From Tubiluchus corallicola (lineage: Eukaryota > Animalia > Priapulida): a stretch of DNA of 62,195 bases. Position 1 is the stretch's first letter. Each line of letters begins with the position of its first letter. The stretch is from NCBI GenBank assembly GCA_030141605.1, contig JAQGDQ010001108.1, positions 1-62,195 of the forward strand, given 5' to 3'. Below, piece after piece: positions 52,632 to 62,195 of this stretch. The notes below the pieces were generated by a model. The model ran no database searches and was not told where the DNA came from. It was given only the letters and a program-made list of their open reading frames with translations. Position numbers and translations under genes: made by a program.

Positions 52632-53149
52632 TATAAAACATATACACATCAAGTAATGACTAAACTAATTTTCTTATAAAATATATTTTTTGCCCCTTGC
52701 TATAAATTTCTTGTCTGAATGCAACCTTTTTTCAAATCGAACTGGTTTTCACATTTACTATGCAGCATTTGTGTCTAGCAAGAACTCTTAAATGGATGTA
52801 CTTCACTTAAGAGAAATGGCAAAAAAAAACGTACCACTTTGTAGAAATGTAATGGTAACAAAGGTGAGTTAGTTGTGAAACTTGTTTGCTTGAAGAAAGA
52901 CTGTGTTTCAGAACTATGAGGCATACATCTGTGATACTGTGTATGTCCCTTCATACTGAGTCCACAAATGAATTTTCCAATGTCGTCAGCATCTAATTCG
53001 TCAGTGCACTCTGATATTGATGAGCGAAAGCACATTGTGCTGAATTGTCACGTATTGGCCTGGGCAATTACACAATCTCTGGTGCACCCAGCTAGCCGCC
53101 AGCGGTGGCTTTCCGCTGCCAAATCTAATTATTTGTTTTCAACACCCAG

Positions 53150-53248
53150 GTGATTGGTTGCCATGGCAACTGATGCAAATCAGCAGGCGAAGGATGCCAC
53201 GGACGCGGAGGTGAGGACAGGTGGTGGTGGAGGCAAGCAGGGCACGAG
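53150..53248 (+). other. Candidate exon, possibly first coding exon (ATG 53163: MATDANQQAKDATDAEVRTGGGGGKQGT)
   Basis: aacacccag|G...CGAG|gtaagc; GC-rich; GCCATGG Kozak; overlaps an X-box palindrome. Confidence 0.45.
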
Positions 53249-53294
53249 GTAAGCTGCATGGGTTGATGTACTGTTTGATGAAGTTGCAAGGCCA

Positions 53295-53916
53295 ATTTTA
53301 CATCGCTTACACACTGCCTTTTTGCATGCAGGCATTGCGTCGGCAGTAGCGCTGTGGAAAACACGTGAATTTAAACTCCTGCAATGAGCATTTTACGTCG
53401 CAGCCATTTTGACGATAAGTCTTTCGAAACAATTTTAGATAACACTGAGTAACTTTTGAAAAAATAAGTAAAGCATTCATAGCGGACATATTACTAAGCA
53501 AAATCTTTAATTATTATTCAATAAGATTAAAAATATATTTTTTGGTTAGTGAGTGGTGCACCCTGGAGGGTGAGTCAGCAACATTTTACCAATTGGTTAA
53601 AACATTTTAAATAATTAATAATTTTCTTTTCTAGTTACATAAGTCTCTCAAGCAGGTAAGCGAAATAGTAATATAGATTTGCATGGAAAGTTTTTTGGGA
53701 CATAGTTCAGTATTTCCCTTTCTTCCCCTGATTTACGTTGTGCGTGTATGACGTCATGTAATGGCGCCGTCAGAACAGTATTGCGGGAAATTTAAAATGA
53801 AAACAAACAAAAATTCCTGTTAACACGAGTACGATATATGCATAAAATTGCTATAAAGTAACATAATTTTGGGGTGATTTTTTGAAACCTACTCGAGGTA
53901 CCCCTTTCCTTGTCCT
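53295..53916 (-). mobile_element. Kolobok-like family C
   Basis: Ends CTTGTCCT|TTAA; inverted relative to 54114-54793. Confidence 0.75.
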
Positions 53917-54113
53917 TTAAGTCTCGCACTAATAATTGGCCGTTACCTAAAGCATTAATACCGAAACTGCCAAGTTTCATTGTTTCCGTGTGAGGAATTG
54001 CATCACGCGTGGAACTATGCAGGCTGTGCGCATGCGTGAACGCAAATGGGCGTAAGCCAAGTTGTTTTCGTTGCTACTGGAATTGTTTCTACAAACGGAC
54101 ATGTTAGACTTAA

Positions 54114-54793
54114 AGGACAAGAAAAGGGGTACCTGAAGTAGGTTTCAGAAAAATCGCCTTAAAAATTATATTACTTTATAGCAATTTTATTCGTGTATCG
54201 TATTCGCACTGAAAGGAATTTTAGTTTGTCTTCATTTTAAATCTCCCCCAACACTGTTCTGAAGTCTCCATTACATGACGTCATGTACCAAATGTAAATG
54301 AGGGGAAGAAAAGGGAATGTTAAATTATGTCTCAAAAGACTTTCCGTGCAAATCTGTATTACCTAGATTTTTGCTTACCTCTAGAAAGACATATGTAACT
54401 AGGAAAGAAAATTATTAATTATTTAAAATGTTTTCACCAATTGGCAAAATGTCGCTGACTCACCTTCCAGGGTGCACCACTCACTAACCAAAAAAGTATT
54501 TTTAATCTTATTGACAAGATAGAGTAATTCTAAATTTTATTTAGTTAGTGACGTGTGCGCTACGAATGCCCTGATTATTTTTTAAACTTTACAAGATGTT
54601 ATCTAAACTTGTTTCAAATGACTTATCGTGAAAATGGCTGCGTCTAACGGTCATCGCGGGAGTTTAAATTTACACGTTTTATACAGCGTGACTGCCGACT
54701 GAAGTCCTGCACGTAAAAAGGCAGTACGTAAGTGATATGAAATTTCAAAACGAATTTTTTAAGCTTGATGTTTATGAAGGGTTTTCTTGTGCT
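54114..54793 (+). mobile_element. Kolobok-like family C
   Basis: TTAA|AGGACAAGAAAA...TTTTCTTGTGCT|TTAA. Confidence 0.8.
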
Positions 54794-55113
54794 TTAAATG
54801 TTCAGCGTCAGCTTCATTTAGTATAGAATTCGCAGTCTGTTTGTGCCTCACTAATGCATCTGCTTGTCAACTTCTTATGAAAAGGTCTTTCTGCGTTGCC
54901 TAACAGCAAGTCCACAGTGAATAGTCGTTCTTTTTTTTGGTTGGGTATCGTCTACTGGCCATTTCAGGGGCGTAACCAGGTTCTAAAATTGGGGGGGGGG
55001 AGTTATCACCGCGCCAACCACATAAAAAGGCTGGTATTTTGTTCATCTTCTGTTGAGTCTAGTTTGAGTGACACGAAATGTGTAGATGTCTAGATTCTAG
55101 TTTTGTATGTTAA

Positions 55114-55641
55114 AGCAAAACTGGACTCAATCCAAAACTGTGCGTCAAAACAATCTACTCTTTAAAATGTTGAAAGGAAACATACTATTTTTTCAAAACG
55201 ACTTACGTGAAAGAATTATTACCACATAAACGGATTTCGCGTTTGCGCCACTAGACCTTCGCTGTTACATGCATTTCTCTATTCTCTAGTTAGACGAGTA
55301 CTAGCGCCTGCATTTCGGAAACGCATTGCACAAAAAACAGGTGCTGTACCTCTCAGTTCAGCTGTGTTAGTCTCTGATGAACTACACACGTTCGACAGCT
55401 CATGCATGAGTGCCGTGGTAAATTTGTAATTTGAATTTCTATCTTAAAACTTGCAACAGGCTCGTGAAATATTTTTTATGTTGAAAATTATGTTAGTTTG
55501 TGATGTCATCAATAGTTGGGCTCACCCGCCGTTAATTAAGTTTTTAATCTATCAGAAACACTTTGCAGTATCAATTGTGTTAAAATGTATATTCTGTATC
55601 AGATTTGAAAATGTGATAGTATATGAAAAGTCATCCTGTCT
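55114..55641 (+). mobile_element. Kolobok-like family A
   Basis: Colinear with 2308-2917 apart from an internal deletion. Confidence 0.72.
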
Positions 55642-55907
55642 GCTGTTTGCTGAACGTTTGCCTTCACGTTTGTGTTCACATGTTGAGCTCGCTGCACTGC
55701 CGACGTCATTCTAGATCTCATTCGCGCGAACCGTGTTATTTTTACGGCGAGCTGCAATTTATTACACAGCGAATAAAAGCTGGGTTTGTAAAGCAGTAAA
55801 ACTGTTTTGTTGCCTTCTGACTGTGAAGCAAGTAAGCTGTTGGCGTTGTGTGAGGCAGACCTTGCCCTTGGAAACTAATGCTTGTGTAGATGATAAGGGT
55901 GTCCTGA

Positions 55908-56795
55908 ATATTGTATTGTGTTGTTCTGCATTGCATTGTATTTGTGTTGCGTTGTATTGTATTGTGTTGTTCCGCATTGTATTGTATTGTGTTGCGTTGT
56001 ATTGTATTGTATTGTATTGTGTTGCGTTGTATTGTATTGTGTTGCACTGTATTGTATTGTGTTGTTCTGCATTGCATTGTATTTGTGTTGCGTTGTATTG
56101 TATTGTGTTGTTCCGCATTGTATTGTATTGTGTTGCGTTGTATTGTATTGTATTGTATTGTGTATTTATCTAATCTAATCTAATCCAGTCTAACTTAATC
56201 TAATCTAACCTTATCTAATCTAATTTAATGCACCCCAATCTAATCTAGTCTAATGTTATTTAATGTGATTGTAATCTCGTATTATCTAATCTAACCTAAC
56301 CTAACCTAACTTTTACTAACCTAATCGAAATTTACACTCTATCGTAATCCTGCGTAACCAAAGTACCCAACTGATCCAATTTTAGGATCCAACTGTAACC
56401 TAATCTGATGTGGCCTAGAACCAAACGCTTAATAAATTATTTTTACCTAACCTAACCTGACTTGACCTGACCTGCCCTGACCTAACCTAACCTGACTTGA
56501 CCTGACCTGACCTGCCCTAACCTAACCTAACCTAACCTGACTTGACCTGACCTGCCCTAACCTAACCTGACCTAACCTGACCTGACATGACCTGACCTAA
56601 CCTGACCTGACCTGACCTGACCTGACCTGACCTGACCTGACCTGACCTAACCTAACCTCACCTGACCTGACCTGACCTGCCCTAACCTGACCTGACCTGA
56701 CCTGACCTGACCTGACCTGACCTGCCCTGACCTGACCTGACCTGACCTGACCTGCCCTGCCCTGCCCAGCCCTGCCCTGACCTGACCTGACCTAA
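55908..56795. repeat. Compound pentanucleotide microsatellites (TTGTA)n, (CTAAT)n, (CCTAA/CCTGA)n
   Basis: Read directly; explains the Cys/Val-rich and Asn/Thr/Gln-rich ORFs. Confidence 0.93.
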
Positions 56796-56867
56796 CAATA
56801 ACTTATTGTTATTTATTATTGACCAAGCTAGCTAATTAAAACCTAATCATTTAATAAGTCTAATCAT

Positions 56868-57262
56868 CTTTAAAAAATTATGTAATGTAATACGTGTTAT
56901 GTTAGTTTTGTAATGTCAAATGTATAAATAGTGTAAATGTAATGAGTGAAATTTATCTAATGTAAAGCATGTTTCTGTTAATTGTGTCATGTCAAATGTA
57001 TATATAGTGTAAAATATGTCATGTAAAATTTAATGTACTTTTGTAATATAGTTTTATAAAGATATTTTAATATGGGGTTTGTAAATATGTTCATTTATTG
57101 TATATAATTAGGCCTTAGTTTTGCACTTTAGTTTTTTTAGTCAGCACTGGACGCATTTGTCTTAAACAGTGTTGTTATCTTAACATTACGCTGAGGCTTA
57201 CTCAATTTTATTATAATCAGTGAACCATTTTAATGACAAATAAAAAATTAATATATATATAT
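56868..57262 (+). mobile_element. Retroelement-like 3' end with (TA)n tail; near-identical inverted copy at 58850-59247
   Basis: The two segments are reverse complements; each ends AATAAA...(AT)n. Confidence 0.6.
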
Positions 57263-57529
57263 TATAAGATAATATATTATAATATAAGATATTAATATAT
57301 ATATATATATAAGTAGATATCACTAATATAAAAACATCTAAGTGCCCGTGATCTCATTTATCGTGCTTGGTTTTAAATCTATGCAAGAGAATTAAACTAA
57401 GAATCGTTATCGATATTTCTTCTATCAGAAATCGATCGATGAAAAACCAATAGCATAATTTCGATTCCCATGTGGTGTTTTGTAGTTACTGTAAACAAAC
57501 GATCGTATTTTGTTTATAGTAAACATCCT

Positions 57530-58190
57530 TTTTCGTACAATGAGGAAGTTTACCATCAGAATACCATCATTCATAAATTTTTCTATATTACACTTTTTTG
57601 ATACTTATTTTTTCTTTCCATACTCTCAGTTTTTTAACTTTACTCACTAACCCTGGTCAAATTCCCCTGTTAATAAGACCCCATTTGAAACTACTACATA
57701 TAATAATCCTAATTACTGAATAATTGTATTATTTTGTTTAGATTTAGGTATCCAACTTTATTATTTTTTTTGTTTTCAGTTCTTTTTTGATAATCTGTAT
57801 CATTTGTGCTGTTTTTATTATTATTATTTCTTATTTGTTTTTCTTTTTGTCATCTGCAGCATCACCGTTAATTTTTAACATACGAACCTATTTATAAGAA
57901 AGGACAGGAGACTAGATGGCCCTATCGTCCTTCCCTGCCCTGTTCCATGATTATAATTACTTAATATTTAAAAAACTTTTGATGTTAAACTAATTGGAGA
58001 AAGTAAATGTTCTATGTCTATGTCTATGTCTATGTCTACGTCTATGCCTACGTCCATGTCTACGTCTATGCCTACGTCCATGTCTACGTCTATGCCTACT
58101 TCTATGTCTATGTCCATGTCTACGTCCATGTCTACGTCCATGTCTACGTCCATGTCTACGTCTATGTCTATGCCTACGTCTATGTCTACA
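57530..58190 (+). mobile_element. Probable LINE 3' end with (TCTATG)n-type hexamer tail (58010-58190)
   Basis: T-rich UTR, hairpin-like ggacagg...cctgttcc, then hexamer repeats. Confidence 0.4.
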
Positions 58191-58388
58191 TCAATACCTT
58201 ATTTTATAAGGTTGGAGGTGTAGCTACTAGCCTGGGTTATTGATGTTGGCTTCTGTTTACGAAGGATTTATAACTTCAGTTTAGAGTAATATGGCTTTGC
58301 TTTATAATCTTGACTGCCTTTAATAAACGTAGGGCAAGAAGCAGAGTTTACAGTACCGTTGCTAGCTAGGTTATTTCTACAGTTTTAA

Positions 58389-59367
58389 AAACATAACTGC
58401 ACCCAATCTTAAACTGTATGTCAAAACAATGTACATTTTAAAATATTGCAAGGGAACATACTATTTCTTCAAGAATTATTACCACACAAATACAATTTCA
58501 CGTTCGCGCCACTAGTTCTTCACTGTTACATGCATTTCGCAAGTATCTCTCAAAAAACAGGTGCTGTATCTCTCACTTCAGTGGTGTCCGTTTGTGACGA
58601 ACTACACATGCTCGCTTCAGCAGCTTATGTGTGAGCACAGCGGTAAATTTGAAGTTAGAATTTTTATCTTAAAAGTTGCCGAGTTTTAGCACAATGCACA
58701 GAATCTTTTATATTAGCACTGTACTTACGTTTGCTTTTTCAAACACGTGTAACATGCTGATGGAGTGTTTGTGATGTTGAAAATTATGTTAGTTTGTGAT
58801 GCCATGAATAGTTTCACTCATATGCCATTAATTAAGATATTTATCTATTATTTATATATATATATTAATTCTTTATTTGTCATTAAAATGGTTCACTCAT
58901 TATAATAAAATTGAGTAAGCCTCAGCGTAATGTTAAGATAACAACACTGTTCAAGACAAATGCGTCCAGTGCTGACTAAAAAAACTAAAGTGCAAAACTA
59001 AGGCCTAATTATGTACAATAAATGAACATATTTACAAACACCATATTAAAATATTTTTACAAAACAATATTACAGAAGTACATTAAATTTTACATGACAT
59101 ATTTTACACTATATACATTTGACATGACACAATTAACAGAAACATGCTTTACATTACATAAATTTCACTCATTACATTTACGCTATTTATACATTTGACA
59201 TTACAAAACTAACATAACACGTATTACACTACATAATTTTTTTAAAAAATTTTCATTTTTTGCGTTTAATTATTAAAAACACTTTTGGAGTATTATTTAT
59301 GTTAAAACGAATACATTTTACTATACTTGAAAATGGGGTAGTATATGAAAAAGCATTCTCTTCTCCT
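58389..59367 (+). mobile_element. Kolobok-like family A interrupted by the 58850-59247 insertion
   Basis: The family A body resumes after the insert and ends CTCCT|TTAA. Confidence 0.7.
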
Positions 59368-59752
59368 TTAAAGATGAACTTGTATTTTGCTTTTCTTCAG
59401 AAATTGCTTTTCTGAAAACGATAACAGTTATGCCTTATGTGACTTAGGCTTCGCCTTGAATATCATTTTATAGATTTTCTTATGTATATTAATCATATCA
59501 ATCTCGGATAATTTTTGTTCTAGGTTTAATCTAAATATAAATATCTGAATAAATATCTGTATTCTTGTTTGACGAGTCTTAACTACTCTACCGTTTAAAT
59601 TCCCATTTGCAAAACTCAAGCAGCACGTTCTTCACCCGAATCCTTGGCCTAAGAAAACACTCAAGAAATCATTTTGTGTGTTGAAAAACCCTTGGCAGTT
59701 TTTGCCCTGTTAACTTGGTGTTGCTTGTGTTGTTTGCTTTTAACAGAGTTAA

Positions 59753-60187
59753 AGGAAAACAACACGACTTTTCGCATCCTGTTCAGCACCGAAATACGTA
59801 TACGTTTTACATACAAACGGTATGTATTTACGTACAAATTATAATATTTTAACACTTCTAATAATGCCAAAATGTTGCTGATAATTAAATAATAGGTTAG
59901 AAACTTAAATAACCGCATGTGAGCCCAGGTAGTGATGACGTCACAACTGAACGCAATTTTCAAACGTTCCACGAGAATTGTAGTTGTAAAACATTCGCTG
60001 CAATACAGCTGTAAATTTTAAATTCACATTTCAAGTTTAGCACAGGTGCTCATGCATTCATGCCGAATGGGTGCCACATGACAACTGAACCACATCTGAT
60101 CTGAGAGGTACAGTGCCTGTTTTTTGTTTCTTTTGAATGCTTTGTTGATTTAATTGTTTTGAGCTGAAAACTTTGGTGGGGGCTTTC
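59753..60187 (-). mobile_element. Kolobok-like family A, degenerate
   Basis: TTAA|AGGAAAAC start; similar to 41720-42353. Confidence 0.55.
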
Positions 60188-60644
60188 TTAAAAAAACACA
60201 GGGATTTAGCAGCATAAAATTATTACTTTGTTAGACATTTCAAATTTCAATAAAAACAAGAATATGTATTATTATATTATTATAATTCTATATTTTTAAA
60301 AACTATGTACAAAATACATATTCGCAGATATATGTTTAACATTTCTAAAAGCATTTACAAAGTATTAAACATATTCTCATGTGTATAATTTAGAAGCCAA
60401 CACATGAGACACAATGAACGACAACGATCATATACAATAGATTATAATCCATCACAACATACATACGTGATAAAAGATAACGAACATATTTTAATACATA
60501 GTAACAAAATCTACACGCATTACACACAAGCGACAGGGAGTTACATGGGCATATTAAACTGCTTAATACTGGTGTTTGTACATTGGTACTTGTGGCGACG
60601 TCTATTTGCCCACATATGCAACACGTAATTGTCAATGTCCAAAT

Positions 60645-60764
60645 CACTACTGCCAAATCACGTTGAAAACACCGGTTCTCGTCTGATCACCGAAGTTAAG
60701 CAACGTAGAGCCTGGTTAGTACTTGGATGGGTGACTGTCTAGGAATACCAGGTGCTGTAGGCTT
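60645..60764 (+). rRNA. 5S rRNA: 5S rRNA-derived sequence (pseudogene or SINE3-type head)
   Basis: CACGTTGAAAACACCGGTTCTCGTCTGATCACCGAAGTTAAGC...GGTTAGTACTTGGATGGGTGAC...GAATACCAGGTGCTGTAGGCTT; 120 nt; box A and box C present; several substitutions; no T4 terminator. Confidence 0.88.
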
Positions 60765-61110
60765 GCGGGATGCCCACACTGTATCTTGACACTAGGTGGG
60801 GGGGGGGGGGGGAGCAGCACAAGCAGCCAACGGCTAGAGGGCGGAGGAGGTCATGTGTAGAGGAGTAAATCTTCCAAATCAGGAGTGGAGCCCCGAAGGC
60901 GGACCAGTGCAGCATGCTCACTGTCTCCGGCAGCTCCTGCAGCCAATCTGGTGCCATACGTATCGCTCCGCTTTCCTTTGGACTACAGCAGGGAGGAAGA
61001 GAGGGGGTTCCTGTTGTCTGGGCAACTCAGGATCTCCATACACCTTGCCCAGGCGTGCGCCCTGGAGACATTCAAAGATCTCACTGCCAACCAATTGTCA
61101 ATGTCGCTGT
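60765..61110 (+). mobile_element. GC-rich retroelement body resembling an RTE-clade LINE 5' region, fused to 5S
   Basis: AGGAGTGGAGCCCC..CAGCTCCTGCAGCCAA.CTGGTGCCA.ACGTATCGC..CCTTTGGAC..CAGGATCTCCATACAC..TGCCCAGGC recalled as RTE 5'-UTR-like. Confidence 0.45.
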
Positions 61111-61159
61111 AACTGACTAGTTCTTTCTCATTTTCAGTGATACGTTCGAAATTGATTAG

Positions 61160-61515
61160 TAGGTGTGGGCATTCTCTACCAGACACTAAATTCGAATCGA
61201 ATTGAATATGACTTTCGAAGTTCAGTGTTTCGAATTCAAATCAAATTCGAATTGAGATTGAAAGATTTTCGAACAAGTTTTTGAACCGCCAGTAAAAGTT
61301 AGTCTTACAAAGATCATGCATATTGCTCAGTTTTGTCGTGCAGTAAAACCACTGATAATTTGTTAAAAAAATTGTGCTCAGAAATCACAGCTAAATTGTG
61401 CTATTTGCTTGATGTTTCAAACGTCTTAAACTGATCGAATCTATTGTCTTAAGTTCGAATCGAATTCGAACTAAAAAAAACTCGTTCGAACTCGAACGTT
61501 CGACGCTTACCTCTA
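61160..61515. mobile_element. hAT-type MITE (same family as 36326-36718, opposite orientation)
   Basis: TAGGTGTGGGCAT...ACGCTTACCTCTA; body is the reverse complement of 36326-36718. Confidence 0.75.
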
Positions 61516-62195
61516 CTGTTCAGTAATGACTGGTTGCTTACGTTCGTTCACATTATACGTAAATTTTTGTTGACGGTGAAATGAATTTGGCTCGGCTTAG
61601 CCGTGGCTAAGGTTTCCGGGTTGCGATAGGATCTATGGGAAGTGGTATTTCGCAGATTATCAGTTGTAACGGAAGGGATATTGCAAATTCGTCAGTAATT
61701 GGACCATGGAGACGAGTACCTGGAAATTTCCACACGCTGTAGCCGTGTTGCCTGCATAAATTATCTATTAGTGCAAAGCACGAAGTAGATTAGTAATCAT
61801 AATATCGTACGTATGGATGCACATGTATAATTGTGCATACGGGGGTGGCGTACATAACATTTTTCTATACAATAAAACAAGCAGTTCACATACTTTTACT
61901 TTTATATCGAAAAAAATGCATAATTATTGGTGAATATTACATTTTTACAATGACGATGAAACAAGAGTAATTAGTACATGGATTTATATTTTAGATTTAA
62001 TAGATTTATTTCGCAATGAACATAAACATCTACATTACATGTGCATCAATAATCAGGTTTTGTTAATATAAAAATATGATACAATTCATGAATTCTGCGC
62101 TAGAGACATAAGAAGCTAGCTTATGGTAGGCCACTAGAATTAGTTACGAAAAAAATTACAATATATACAGATACAGTATTACAATATATACAGAT

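Noticed and set aside
56295-56795. (CCTAA)n as TTAGG telomeric repeat
   Set aside because: Short runs mixed with CCTGA and CCTGC in a compound pentamer microsatellite; internal position
55733-58243. Cys/Val-rich, Met/Ser/Thr-rich and similar ORFs
   Set aside because: Translations of penta- and hexanucleotide microsatellites
60645-60764. Functional 5S rRNA gene
   Set aside because: Altered 5' end, several substitutions, single copy in the window, no Pol III terminator

Overview
AT-rich, repeat-dense eukaryotic genomic DNA from an animal, most likely an invertebrate. No prokaryotic genes or CRISPR arrays are present. On the + strand: (1) a 13-exon TTLL4-like tubulin glutamylase gene (379-22483). 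All its intron phases are consistent and there is no frameshift, but it carries three in-frame stops and one GT>AT splice donor, so it is most simply a young unprocessed pseudogene. (2) An intronless CBR1-like carbonyl reductase (27580-28404). (3) TANGO6 (three coding exons, 29186-35174), 781 bp downstream of CBR. Both genes have a splice acceptor within 10 nt of their ATG and only one obvious upstream promoter, which suggests a shared leader exon or an operon. (4) An isolated ORF resembling a small basic Maverick/Polinton (adintovirus) virion protein (37609-37962). (5) Small candidate exons of a further gene (42.7-53.2 kb). (6) A full-length 5S rRNA copy fused to a GC-rich retroelement-like body (60645-61110). 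The remainder is about 15 different tandem arrays, many TTAA-flanked Kolobok-like, hAT, Tc1/pogo and Harbinger non-autonomous elements, LINE fragments, and a solo LTR with heat-shock elements. All family assignments come from recalled motifs, not from database searches.
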